DNA of 29,949 bases from the IMG/VR virus record IMGVR_UViG_3300038393_000548, positions 1 through 29,949 of that record, one strand, 5' to 3'. Shown piece by piece: positions 8,778 to 18,447 of the stretch; position 1 is the stretch's first letter; each line of letters begins with the position of its first letter. The notes under the pieces were generated by a model. The model made no database searches. It was given only the letters and a program-made list of their open reading frames with translations, and was not told the DNA's origin. Origin of the DNA: a virus (taxonomy: Duplodnaviria; Caudoviricetes). Made by a program: the position numbers and the translations under genes.

Positions 8778-9074
8778 TTACAGCACCCCTTTAGTTATAA
8801 GTTGTTCAAACAGGTCAATGATTTGTAAAGTAGATGATGCGTTTTCGGCTTCCAAACGGGTAACTTTATCTTCCAAACTTTCTTTAGGTACAGGTGCAGG
8901 AAGGGCAAGAAAGTCTGCCCACGCCTGCTCAAGTTCTGCTTCAGTTGGTTGTGGTGCGTCTATATTCCACTGTGCAATGTACGCGCCGTTACCGTCTGAA
9001 TCGTCTTGTACGATGAAGTCAGTCATTGGCTCTGCTTCAGGAAAAAGATGCATAATGGCTAATGCTTTGTTCAT
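8778..9074 (-). CDS. xkdW: XkdW-family tail fibre assembly protein
   Basis: AIMHLFPEA...DFIVQDDSDGNGAYIAQWNIDAPQPTEAEL signature. Confidence 0.8.
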   Translation of the reverse strand: MNKALAIMHLFPEAEPMTDFIVQDDSDGNGAYIAQWNIDAPQPTEAELEQAWADFLALPAPVPKESLEDKVTRLEAENASSTLQIIDLFEQLITKGVL

Positions 9075-9087
9075 GGCTTTACCTCCT

Positions 9088-12000
9088 TTAAGCTATCCTA
9101 GTAATTCGTAGGAAATTGTATGATGTTGTTAGCGTAGAAGCTTGCGCAGTATAAATATAAATTTCAATATAATCATTTTTTGCTAATTTTACTTGTGTAC
9201 TTCCAAGCAAAATAGTACTACTAACGTTACTAGGTTGGTAACAAAGGTGATGATCTAATACACCATTTTTATAAACGGCAGAATACATCAAGCCAGTTCC
9301 ATTGGATGAAAAGTTAATGCTTGTGCTGATGTTGTAGATTCCATCACTAGAAGCAGTAAAGCGACTTGTTCCTGTTGAAAACTCATTAAGGTTATCGTAG
9401 ATTAAAGAGTTCCATGCAACTTTAGTTGCAGTAGCAGCGGAGATGGACGCTCCAGCGGTGTTATCTAGTCTGCAACCGCTTCGTGTATCTCTTGTGTTAT
9501 CTCCCCAAGGGTTGAGTACGCCAGTATTCCCATTTATAAGCGTTCCACCGTTGGCTTGTCCCCAGAAGGTTGTTCCAGTTGGAGTAGTACCGACGTAAGT
9601 CATAATTCCGCTGTTTGTTGTTACGTAAGCAAAGGTATTGCCACTTCCACTATTAGCGTTGCATTGAACTTGCGAATTGTAATCTGCTGAAACTCCGTAA
9701 TTCTTATTCGACACTGTACAACCATTAACATAAGCTTTATTATTGTACAAATAAATTCCATGATAAGTAGCTGTTGCTCCAGTAGCTATACAATTAATAA
9801 TATCAATTGCCCCACCATTAGATGCTTTAAATGCCATTTTTGTTGTTGTGGATGCAGTAAAACCGTTAATTAAAATGCGACTGCAATAACGCGCATCGAA
9901 TGAATTTATTGTAACTATCCCACCTGTGGTAACGAATGAGACATATCCACTTCCGACTTGACCCTGTATAACAATATCTTCACCATAAGTCCCTGCTGCA
10001 ACACTAATGATTACCGCATGATTAACGACTTGAGGAATGCTATCAACAGCTTTCTGAATCGTCTTTAACGGCTTCCCTGCGCTTCCGTCATTGCTGTCTG
10101 AACCGTTTGTACCATCAACATAAAGTGAAATGTCTTTAGTTGTCTTTTGCGGTACTTGATAAATCTGCCGTGCCAAGTTCTCCGCAACCCCAACACGCGC
10201 ATCAAGGTCTGCTTGACTTGTGGCGAGTGTGTCTACAATGGTTTTGATGTTGGCACTGTACTCACCGTTCACTGTTTGAAGTGAGGATGACAACAAGTAT
10301 TGGTCAAGCGGAATATACGACACTTCATAAGTTGCAGACGCATCATAATCTGCCGCAAGTATACGTGCCTGCCAATTGCCATTAGCTGAACCACTAAGAT
10401 AAACCCAACGATTATCTAATTTTCCATTTCTGTATACACCTAAAATTTTATCAGTTCTATTCCGTAATCGTGACGCTTCGTAACCTACAGACGCGCTATT
10501 TATGTGGTAGTATGTTGGTGCCGTATTGTTGAAGACAGGATTCGCCTTCTCACGTACAATAACACCCTGCCCCATTTCAATCTGATTTTGCCCCTCATGA
10601 AGTGACAAACCGCCTTCGACTTGGATTTCCTCGAATGTCGGCGTAGCTAGTTGGTAGGTGAGTTTGTACGGTAGGAATTGCAATGCTGGTGCGGTTGGCA
10701 GGGTCTGAGTTCCGTCAACAAAGTTAGTACCTGTACCGCCTAATCTTCTCGCCCATGCTTTAGTTCCTGTAGTATACGGATCAGTTGCAGGGCTTCCTAC
10801 CGCATACATCTTCCACCCATAGAAATACGCCTGAATCTCGCCTGCTGTAGGTGTGTACGTTTCACCCCAACCGCTGTCTGCGTCGGCAATGGAAAGGTAT
10901 AATGCTGCTATTTCTGCTGCGTTGGAATCGCTAGTGTAAACTTGGTCGGCTGAGAGAATGCCACCTGATGGATTAGCTAAAATCTTACCATCGTATTTAA
11001 CGACACGTTTTGTTCCTGCTATGGGTGTTGCTCCGACATTATCAATTCGAACTTGCTTTGAACCGACATTATCGGCATGATAAACCCACGCCAAACTACC
11101 ATCCAGCACCATATCCTTAAACCGCTTCTCAACAAAATACTTCCCATCACGCTTAAACACTTGGTCATAAACCGTACCGTCCAAGTTAGACGCAAGTTGT
11201 GTATTCGGGATGAATAACGTGTCATCGTTACGTGGTTTGAATGGTTTGGCTGTTGTGCCAAGGTTGAGTATGACATTAGAGAATGTATACGTTCCTGCGC
11301 CAAGCGTGTCATTACCTAAGTATACTCTTGCTTTAACGGCAGTTGATAACGCGGTAAACGTCAATGCTGTTGCACTCCAACCGTTAGCCTGAACAATATT
11401 TCCGTTTGCATCTAATTGGTCGATTCCAATTTTGCCTGTTGTCGTAGCGGATAGCGTATATTGTTGACCGCCCACAATTGGAATGTCCACATCAACGTAT
11501 TGAGTATTCGCTGTAGCGACAAATGACATCGCATAAGGTGCTGTAATTGTCATCGTTCCAGATGCTACAATCCATTCGTTAAACGTAGGCAACAAGTTTT
11601 CCCCATACTTGATTACATACGGTGCGTTAACATGTTTCACGTCATCAACGTATGGGTATTTTGCGGCGATTTGGTCGGCTGTCATAGTGTCTAGTGCGTT
11701 GTATTCTGATTGCGTGGTGATTTCGTAGATACGAACAGCATCGAAGAAAGCGTATTGCGTAGCAGCACCATTTACACCGAGAACCATAGACAAATTGTTA
11801 ATCGTGGATGCAGGGTTGTAAGCCCTCCAAGCAGGATAGAATTTATCGGTAGCCGTAATGGTATTTTGACCTTTTGTTGCAGATGCACCGTTGATGTAAA
11901 AGTTACCGTTTGTTGCATTGCCATTTTTGATGTCCATAACAGCAATATAATATTTTCCGCCAGTAAAAGAGAAAGTACGCGTTGCAACAGTGCTAGTGCT

Positions 12001-12456
12001 TCCGCTCGTAAATCCACTTGAAATGGTTAACTTGATAGAGTTATTGCCGATTGCCTTGTTGTTAGAGTCAAGCGCCTGAGTTACTTGAAAAGTACCCCAT
12101 ACACTTAAATCCTCACAATTCCCATCACGTCCAAGCAAGTTAACCAACGTGCGCCCTACGATGTTCAGGACGTTATAAGGCGTGGTTTTGGAAGCTGTAA
12201 CAACCTGTAAACCATTAACTAAAGAAAGTGCTGTCGGCGTTTCGTTTACGGAAGCTACCCCGGTAGATGCAAGTGTAACTTTATCATCCACTTGGGTCTT
12301 TGTGTAGGTATTATTGACCTTCGTATCCGTATCATTTTGAGCGACACGCAAAATATCGAAAGCCGTGTTAATATTCGTGGCGACTTGCGTATCGTCGCCT
12401 GTAACCGTTTCACCTGTTAAGAATTTATGAAGCGTTCCGCTAGGGACTTGTGCCAT
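9088..12456 (-). CDS. Tail fibre / receptor-binding protein (1122 aa)
   Basis: CBM-like repeats (NLLGRDGNCED, GENLLP), YVDGTNGSDSNDGSAGKPLKTIQKA beta-helix entry motif, C-terminal C1q-like domain (FTASSDGIYNIS...VKLAKNDYIEIY). Confidence 0.88.
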   Translation of the reverse strand: MAQVPSGTLHKFLTGETVTGDDTQVATNINTAFDILRVAQNDTDTKVNNTYTKTQVDDKVTLASTGVASVNETPTALSLVNGLQVVTASKTTPYNVLNIVGRTLVNLLGRDGNCEDLSVWGTFQVTQALDSNNKAIGNNSIKLTISSGFTSGSTSTVATRTFSFTGGKYYIAVMDIKNGNATNGNFYINGASATKGQNTITATDKFYPAWRAYNPASTINNLSMVLGVNGAATQYAFFDAVRIYEITTQSEYNALDTMTADQIAAKYPYVDDVKHVNAPYVIKYGENLLPTFNEWIVASGTMTITAPYAMSFVATANTQYVDVDIPIVGGQQYTLSATTTGKIGIDQLDANGNIVQANGWSATALTFTALSTAVKARVYLGNDTLGAGTYTFSNVILNLGTTAKPFKPRNDDTLFIPNTQLASNLDGTVYDQVFKRDGKYFVEKRFKDMVLDGSLAWVYHADNVGSKQVRIDNVGATPIAGTKRVVKYDGKILANPSGGILSADQVYTSDSNAAEIAALYLSIADADSGWGETYTPTAGEIQAYFYGWKMYAVGSPATDPYTTGTKAWARRLGGTGTNFVDGTQTLPTAPALQFLPYKLTYQLATPTFEEIQVEGGLSLHEGQNQIEMGQGVIVREKANPVFNNTAPTYYHINSASVGYEASRLRNRTDKILGVYRNGKLDNRWVYLSGSANGNWQARILAADYDASATYEVSYIPLDQYLLSSSLQTVNGEYSANIKTIVDTLATSQADLDARVGVAENLARQIYQVPQKTTKDISLYVDGTNGSDSNDGSAGKPLKTIQKAVDSIPQVVNHAVIISVAAGTYGEDIVIQGQVGSGYVSFVTTGGIVTINSFDARYCSRILINGFTASTTTKMAFKASNGGAIDIINCIATGATATYHGIYLYNNKAYVNGCTVSNKNYGVSADYNSQVQCNANSGSGNTFAYVTTNSGIMTYVGTTPTGTTFWGQANGGTLINGNTGVLNPWGDNTRDTRSGCRLDNTAGASISAATATKVAWNSLIYDNLNEFSTGTSRFTASSDGIYNISTSINFSSNGTGLMYSAVYKNGVLDHHLCYQPSNVSSTILLGSTQVKLAKNDYIEIYIYTAQASTLTTSYNFLRITRIA

Positions 12457-12470
12457 CAGTTATTCCCCCT

Positions 12471-14435
12471 CTAAGCCTTTTTAAGTTTAAATTCAAGCCC
12501 CAAACCGTAAACTTCGCAAGGGGTACTTTCATTATGTGTGAAGTTGATTTTCACACGCCGACACTTACCGTTAATCGTTGCCCGTTGTACGGATAGCTCC
12601 GCATTACCTAAAGTAGATTGTCCGACTACCCATGAACCGATTACCGTTCCTGAATAGTAATGGAAATTCGGGCTGCTGGAAGAAGTCCAAACGGTTTCCC
12701 CTGCTGAATTAATAGTAATACTGCCTGTTTCGGGAGTTAAAACAACCGCAGCATCGGCATAAACTTTTACATTTAGATTCACTGTAGCTGTAGAGAAGTG
12801 TCTTGCAATTATGTAAAGTCGGCGTAGCTTTTTATTATTAAACGACGCTGATAAATCATGTAATTTTGTCTCTACAATCATATCATACGCGTTGCCGTCA
12901 TCGTTGTAAACAGTAGAATCGTGTTTGTAGATCGTACCATCCGAAGCTAAGTTGTAAACCGTATTTGTAGATTTCGCAAACTGCGAAACGTTAAGTTTGG
13001 TTGAAGCATCCTTAACCCAAACATTCGATTCGAAGTAATATCTATAGATAACTTTCTTTTGCGGAAAGCATAACCAATATTGATTATCGTAAAACAGAGC
13101 GCAACCGTCCGTGTCTTTAGGTATCTCTGTCTTAATTTGGAAGTCAACACGCTTGACGTTCATGGTATCTAAACGATATTGGTTCGGAACTAAGCTCTGA
13201 ATACCTTCATGCGATTGGAAGATAATTTGATTCCCGATAACCGCAGCGGATCGTGGACTTGCACATCCAAGCCCGTCATGGATGAGAAATCGTTCATAGG
13301 TAGAAGGGTCTTTATTTAGAAGCGTTTGGATTGTCGTATTCGTCATTACGACTAAATACGATTGGAACCGAACCACAGTTTGGATGGGTTCCCGCTTACC
13401 TGTATCGAAGTTGATACTGTTCGTCACAGGAAAGAATCGCGGATTTTGTAGATCGGATATATACATTTGATAAGGACGTGTGCTTTCTCCATAGATCAAA
13501 AGCCTGTCCCAATGCAGTAGAATTTTTCGGCAGGTTTGGATACCTGAATAGGCTAAATCAGCCGCCGCCGCAGTTGCGTTTACAGTATATCCCGTCATTA
13601 CGTAAGGATAGGTTGTCGCCGGAACGGCTGTATCCCGAACCGTAACCCGAACATCGTACTTCATTGCTGTATCAACATTGAACGTCCACGATTTACCTGA
13701 AGAACCTGTCGTCCAATCTCTGCCCAAAATGTAGGTACCATCAGCAGATTTTTTGTACTCCCATTTATAATCTAAAGAAGCTACCCCCGCAGGCTTATTT
13801 GTGTAAGCAGTCATCGTCGTATTTGTGTTTACGGCTCCTGTCCGTGTGGAAGGCTGAATACCGACAACTTGAATCGAAGCTGCTGTACCGTCTTGAATAT
13901 AACCTGAAGGATTTGAAGCTAAAGCATTGGTTCCTATATAAATAGCTTCCATTACTGTAGGTGTGTAAGGCGTAACCGTTACCGCTGTCCACCCGCTACT
14001 GTAAGTAAGCTCTACAAGTTTTGTTCCTGTCGCTACGAAAAGGTTGCCTTGATACTGCACAGCTTCAACAGGTAGTGTCGTTTGAAACGTCCAAGGCGAA
14101 CCGCTGTCTGTAATCGGAACTTCAACTAAAGTAGATGTGCCGACTGCCATCACATATAACCGCCCGCTGATTGCTACAATCCAATCCGGCGAAGTTTGTC
14201 CGTCACGCAGAAACGGAAACATACCCTGTGCTGTCCCGGCTTGTGTCACAATTTTGGTACGCCCGGTTCGCCGCTTCGCTGACGAACGCCCGCTTAAATC
14301 CACGTTTTGCAGGATTGGAAACTCATTTGGCTTTAAGCGTTCGTTGGAGATTTCGGAGTTTAACCCGCCTGAAAAATCCATGAACGCTTCAAACTGCCTA
14401 TGCTCCGTATCCGGCGTAATATTTTGTCTAGCCAT
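12471..14435 (-). CDS. Tail nozzle (tubular protein B / P22 gp10-like) with inserted Ig-like domain
   Basis: N-terminal DFSGGLN...LQNVD...KRRTG motif; beta-rich propeller-like sequence; GCASPRS motif. Confidence 0.78.
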   Translation of the reverse strand: MARQNITPDTEHRQFEAFMDFSGGLNSEISNERLKPNEFPILQNVDLSGRSSAKRRTGRTKIVTQAGTAQGMFPFLRDGQTSPDWIVAISGRLYVMAVGTSTLVEVPITDSGSPWTFQTTLPVEAVQYQGNLFVATGTKLVELTYSSGWTAVTVTPYTPTVMEAIYIGTNALASNPSGYIQDGTAASIQVVGIQPSTRTGAVNTNTTMTAYTNKPAGVASLDYKWEYKKSADGTYILGRDWTTGSSGKSWTFNVDTAMKYDVRVTVRDTAVPATTYPYVMTGYTVNATAAAADLAYSGIQTCRKILLHWDRLLIYGESTRPYQMYISDLQNPRFFPVTNSINFDTGKREPIQTVVRFQSYLVVMTNTTIQTLLNKDPSTYERFLIHDGLGCASPRSAAVIGNQIIFQSHEGIQSLVPNQYRLDTMNVKRVDFQIKTEIPKDTDGCALFYDNQYWLCFPQKKVIYRYYFESNVWVKDASTKLNVSQFAKSTNTVYNLASDGTIYKHDSTVYNDDGNAYDMIVETKLHDLSASFNNKKLRRLYIIARHFSTATVNLNVKVYADAAVVLTPETGSITINSAGETVWTSSSSPNFHYYSGTVIGSWVVGQSTLGNAELSVQRATINGKCRRVKINFTHNESTPCEVYGLGLEFKLKKA

Positions 14436-14438
14436 TTA

Positions 14439-15014
14439 TTACCACCCCGCTTGCCAAGGATATGGCGGTTGCTGAAACATTTCGTTGACTTCCCAAATCG
14501 CTGTTATGTAATCGCCTGCCGTAGCACCTGTAGCTAAAGTAAATGTGCCGTCGCCGTTATCTTCGAACGTTGTAATTTTAACGTCGTTTTTATATACTTC
14601 CAAACGAGAGTAGCTTGTTGTATATGTATCTTTAGTTATCGTGAAAACGGTCTGATTTGCTGTAGCTGTAAACTGCTGAACATTAATGTCATCTTTGTAT
14701 CGGGCAGGCACGTCCCAATTTTCCGTAAAATCAGCTAAAGCATCTTGGAACTGTGCAAGAAAACTTTCTTTCTCCCGGATCGAAGAATCCTGCGCTTTAA
14801 TCATCGCTGCCGCATACAAGACAGGCGTTTCGTGGTATTTTTCAGGAAACACAAAAGTTCCGTCCGTCACTGTTGCCGCAAGTTGAGGGAACGAAGCCCG
14901 CGCACTTGTAGCCATTTTATTTTGACCCGCATTTAGTAAGCGGGTAGCTAAAGTAATATCAATCACATCATCTACATATCCATCAAGCATCGCTTTCATA
15001 TCCGAAAGGTTCAT
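14439..15014 (-). CDS. Head-tail adaptor (tubular protein A-like)
   Basis: MNLSDMKA...LLNAGQ...FPEKYHETPVLYAA pattern; directly upstream of the nozzle. Confidence 0.72.
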   Translation of the reverse strand: MNLSDMKAMLDGYVDDVIDITLATRLLNAGQNKMATSARASFPQLAATVTDGTFVFPEKYHETPVLYAAAMIKAQDSSIREKESFLAQFQDALADFTENWDVPARYKDDINVQQFTATANQTVFTITKDTYTTSYSRLEVYKNDVKITTFEDNGDGTFTLATGATAGDYITAIWEVNEMFQQPPYPWQAGW

Positions 15015-15041
15015 TCTACCACTCCTTTCCTTGTCTTTATA

Positions 15042-15072
15042 ATTATACTAGATTTGTAGAAACCTGTATACA
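15042..15072 (-). promoter_or_regulatory. Late-type promoter, 31-bp copy 2
   Basis: Exact repeat of 8503-8533, upstream of the adaptor SD AAGGAG. Confidence 0.8.
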
Positions 15073-15076
15073 GGAT

Positions 15077-15111
15077 AAAATCCCTCCTACTACCTAAAGC
15101 AAGAGGGATTT
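15077..15111 (-). terminator. Intrinsic terminator after the LamG gene
   Basis: AAATCCCTC...GAGGGATTT hairpin with short T tract on the - strand. Confidence 0.65.
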
Positions 15112-15117
15112 CTTATA

Positions 15118-16233
15118 TCATCTTACCACTGTTAAGGTAAGGCTTGCGCTTTTCACATCACTTACTGATCGGTATGCTTCAAATACTCCGTCATAAGAAC
15201 TACCTACAACAAGGAATGGATTTCTGCACTCGTATGTTATAGAACCGTCCCCGACAATCTGGACTTGTATAGAAAAACCTAATCCTGTTAAATCTAAGGG
15301 AAGGGTGTAAGTTCTATACCCTGCGGCAGGAGTATAATGACCCCCAATATAGGCGTTCCCTGCTGGCGTTGTTACGTTTAACTGTACAATATGGTTTGAG
15401 TCTGTTCCCGTCAAGTATTCAGCCCCGAAAGTAACCGTCTTTCCTCTAAGATAAGCTACTTCGTCGTTTGTAAATGCTTTCGATAAACCTTTATACTGCC
15501 CTATCGCTGTGTGTGTAACTGTATAATTACTAGGAAACACAGGATTGGTACCAGAAATACCATAACCACTGGATAACGGTTTAACCCAATTTTTATTAGC
15601 TTTCGTCGGCGCAGCTTTCGTTGTTCCTGCCTTCTTAACTGCCCAAGTAGCCCCTGTGATCGTGCCGTGATTATTGTTTCCGCTTGTGTCGGTAAGGGTT
15701 GTGCCTGTACCTTCGTTGCAAAGGTAATTAGCTAGCAAACCATTTTGATTTGATAAGGTTAATTGATGAACTCTTCCCTTTAAGAATGCTGTTGGTGTTT
15801 CCCCGGAATCTTGACTTGCTCCGATATATAAATCACGCGTGGATAAATCAGGAATAAGTCCGTCCATCCTACCGCTCGCTATAAGTACGTTATTTTTATA
15901 AAGATAAAGCATTTGATCGCTGTTTTTAAATGTCATTTTAAGAGTTTCCATAAATCCACTTGGAGGTGTGGACGAGGTAATGATAAAATTAGACACATTT
16001 CCATTAGCTACACCACAATAATAATTTCCGCCTGTAAGACCTAAAATAATAAAAGATGTTCCAAGTCGCCTCGATACGATCTTCATGTTAGGCATTCCTG
16101 AATAATAAGGAATTGTTACAGAAATTTCTAATGTAAACTCTGTAGAACCATCTAAAGAAGAACTTTTGTTTATCTTCGCATAATCCGTCGAATTACCATT
16201 AAATATAATCCCTTTATTAGCTTCTAGCGCCAT
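15118..16233 (-). CDS. LamG/concanavalin A-like domain virion protein (putative head fibre)
   Basis: FNGNSTDY, EFTLEI, LYIGA, FLKGRVHQL, YLCNEGTGTTLTDTSGNNNHGTITGATW LamG signature, followed by a second beta-sandwich. Confidence 0.75.
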   Translation of the reverse strand: MALEANKGIIFNGNSTDYAKINKSSSLDGSTEFTLEISVTIPYYSGMPNMKIVSRRLGTSFIILGLTGGNYYCGVANGNVSNFIITSSTPPSGFMETLKMTFKNSDQMLYLYKNNVLIASGRMDGLIPDLSTRDLYIGASQDSGETPTAFLKGRVHQLTLSNQNGLLANYLCNEGTGTTLTDTSGNNNHGTITGATWAVKKAGTTKAAPTKANKNWVKPLSSGYGISGTNPVFPSNYTVTHTAIGQYKGLSKAFTNDEVAYLRGKTVTFGAEYLTGTDSNHIVQLNVTTPAGNAYIGGHYTPAAGYRTYTLPLDLTGLGFSIQVQIVGDGSITYECRNPFLVVGSSYDGVFEAYRSVSDVKSASLTLTVVR

Positions 16234-16243
16234 TAAGACCCAC

Positions 16244-16459
16244 CTACCCTACCGACAAAATATATTCTGCCGTATCACCATTAATTTCCGCGCCTACGTT
16301 AGCTTGATTGTAGCGGCTGACAAGGCCGTGCGTAGAAAGTACAGGCTCTTCATCTGTCGGCGCGAATGCGACTTGAATCGCTTCAAGAGCGGCTTTGATT
16401 GTGGCTGATTCTTCGGCAGTCAGTTCCATAATTCCGTTAACGTGTGGTGCTTGTGCCAT
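16244..16459 (-). CDS. Hypothetical protein (71 aa)
   Basis: ORF with SD GGAGGGG in the head operon. Confidence 0.7.
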   Translation of the reverse strand: MAQAPHVNGIMELTAEESATIKAALEAIQVAFAPTDEEPVLSTHGLVSRYNQANVGAEINGDTAEYILSVG

Positions 16460-16474
16460 TGTTATCCCCCTCCT

Positions 16475-16891
16475 TTACGTTGTTAGGTAAGCCCATGCTG
16501 ACGCAGTATTTGCATTTGTTGCATCTTGGTTATATACAGAAACCTTCGCGTATCTAGCTTTTATTTTTGTCGTCCCGGCTTTTTGGAGGTTCGTATCAGA
16601 GGCAATTACATTTCGTTCAATACCATGCACAGTTGTTCCGTCATTAGACCAATGAACATCAACACGCCAGTTGTACGCACTTCCCATTTGAGCCGTAATG
16701 CTAATGTCGCTGTACCCGTTACAATCAATAAAAGTAGATGGCAACAAAGAAATAGCATTCGCCGCCACACTCACCGCATTATGTGTTTGTGTCGTAGTGG
16801 ATAAGCGGCTTTGAATATCAATAGGCTGCATAATGTCGCTATTTACTACAGAAACTTTCTTGACTCCAATATCGTAGGTATCGTTTGGCAT
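16475..16891 (-). CDS. Putative capsid-associated beta-sandwich protein
   Basis: 138 aa, beta-rich (VHWSNDG...KARYAKVSVYN); downstream of the capsid gene. Confidence 0.55.
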   Translation of the reverse strand: MPNDTYDIGVKKVSVVNSDIMQPIDIQSRLSTTTQTHNAVSVAANAISLLPSTFIDCNGYSDISITAQMGSAYNWRVDVHWSNDGTTVHGIERNVIASDTNLQKAGTTKIKARYAKVSVYNQDATNANTASAWAYLTT

Positions 16892-16893
16892 AG

Positions 16894-17046
16894 TTATCTA
16901 CCTCTCTTTACAGTAGGTACAGGTTTATCTATAACTAAAGGAGTTTCAGACTCCTTCGGAATTAATTTTTCAAGCAATTCGTTTGTCCGTTTTTGCTCTT
17001 GAAGCAGATCGTACAAAAGCTGTTCGGTGGTTGTTACAATTCGCAT
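16894..17046 (-). CDS. Small hypothetical protein (50 aa; absent from the ORF track)
   Basis: MRIVTTTEQLLYDLLQEQKRTNELLEKLIPKESETPLVIDKPVPTVKRGR; SD AAGGAG; fills the gap. Confidence 0.7.
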   Translation of the reverse strand: MRIVTTTEQLLYDLLQEQKRTNELLEKLIPKESETPLVIDKPVPTVKRGR

Positions 17047-17062
17047 AGTTTAGCTCCTTAGT

Positions 17063-17099
17063 AAAATACCTCCATAGGCTGTTACTCTATGGAGGTATT
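17063..17099 (-). terminator. Terminator/stabilising hairpin after the major capsid gene
   Basis: 13-bp stem AATACCTCCATAG / CTATGGAGGTATT; short T run, so read-through is likely. Confidence 0.75.
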
Positions 17100-17118
17100 A
17101 TTCAGATCAAGTCAGGTC

Positions 17119-18009
17119 TTATGGATTAGCTCCAAGGATACCACGGAAATCAGAGAATCCGTAAGAAAATCTCATGCGGCCTTTGTACTTCGCAACGTCC
17201 GTATCGAAGTCCGTTTCATTCTTGAACGTGAGTTTTTCACGCCAGAAAAAGTTCAGCGGGTTCATTGTGGAATCAAGCAGGAACCAGTTATCATTGTCTG
17301 TCAAGTAGTCCAGAACAACCACTTTGAATTTACCCTGCATTGGGTTGATATCATTGTAGTTGTTACCTGGAAGCTGAACAGATTTGATGATTTTTTCGGC
17401 TGTATATTCAAGTGCACGAGGCACGATCAATGTATCGGGCATCATTTGAATTTTTACACCGCGCTCGTCCACTTGATCCGCAGCAAGTTTCATTGCTGTT
17501 TCAAGGTTAGCTTCAGAAAGGGCAAGCGCACCAATCAAGTTGGTAGCGGAACCGCCGTCAGAGCGAACATGGGAAGCGGAAACTAAAGCAACGCTATCGA
17601 AACCACCTGCTGTGGAGAATGCATTGTTCAGAACCGAAGCGGCTTTTGTTTCAATTGTTGCACGTGCAACGCGGGCAAGTGCTTTAGCTGCTTTATTGAT
17701 TTGACTGTACTGCTCATCATCAACCAGCTCTTTTTCGACTTGGAAGCCTTTGGAGTAAGTTGTATGTTTGTATGTAGTGGTGTCCAGCTTAGTGAGGTTT
17801 TCATACTCTGTGGAATCCAGTGTACCTTTTTCATTCCACAAGGAGAAACCGCCCAAACGAGCATCCGTTTCAATTGCTTTTTTAGAATCTAAGATGTTAA
17901 ATACTTTAGAATACTGCTCGGCTTTTTCTTTATATGTTTCAAAGAAAATCTTACGCAGCCCCGGCTCAAGTAATTTACCATAGTTCTGTAGACCTTGGTT
18001 AATAGGCAT
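17119..18009 (-). CDS. Major capsid protein (Mu gpT-like, HK97 fold)
   Basis: LLEPGLRKIF, YSKGFQVEKELVDDEQY, PDTLIVPRAL, DYLTDNDNWFL, RFSYGFSDFRG motifs. Confidence 0.9.
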   Translation of the reverse strand: MPINQGLQNYGKLLEPGLRKIFFETYKEKAEQYSKVFNILDSKKAIETDARLGGFSLWNEKGTLDSTEYENLTKLDTTTYKHTTYSKGFQVEKELVDDEQYSQINKAAKALARVARATIETKAASVLNNAFSTAGGFDSVALVSASHVRSDGGSATNLIGALALSEANLETAMKLAADQVDERGVKIQMMPDTLIVPRALEYTAEKIIKSVQLPGNNYNDINPMQGKFKVVVLDYLTDNDNWFLLDSTMNPLNFFWREKLTFKNETDFDTDVAKYKGRMRFSYGFSDFRGILGANP

Positions 18010-18027
18010 TGTATGAGTCCCCCCTTA

Positions 18028-18441
18028 TTACACGAATTGACGTGCTGTAATTTGTACGTATGGTTTGCTGTTTACTACTGCAACAATCTTCACGATCAGA
18101 ACAGTTGTATCAGCCGTATCCATTCTGGATGCACCGTCGATACCGTAAGCTGTACCTACAGTAAGTGCACCTGCGCCGACATATTCAGCTTCATAAACTG
18201 CATCGCCGGAAGTATGAACTTTACCTTTAGTCGGATTCACACCGATTCCATCAAAGCTAAGTCCAGCCAATACACCCGCTACAGTTGTATCACCCGTTAC
18301 AGCAAGAATCAGGTTGCCGGAACCGTTAACTTTTACAACATCGCCCACTTTAGCTGTAGCAGCGTAAGTGGCATCTAAAGGAAAATCCGGGGCGGGAATT
18401 ACACTGTCGCCGCTTGCATTTCTACGGTAATGGAATGCCAT
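18028..18441 (-). CDS. Capsid decoration/cement protein
   Basis: 137 aa, Gly/Ala/Val-rich (KVGDVVK...VAGV); between scaffold and capsid. Confidence 0.7.
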   Translation of the reverse strand: MAFHYRRNASGDSVIPAPDFPLDATYAATAKVGDVVKVNGSGNLILAVTGDTTVAGVLAGLSFDGIGVNPTKGKVHTSGDAVYEAEYVGAGALTVGTAYGIDGASRMDTADTTVLIVKIVAVVNSKPYVQITARQFV

Positions 18442-18447
18442 GGGTTA

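Noticed and set aside
9088-12456. Diversity-generating retroelement or invertible tail-fibre tip
   Set aside because: No reverse transcriptase, invertase or duplicated template repeat seen in the window.
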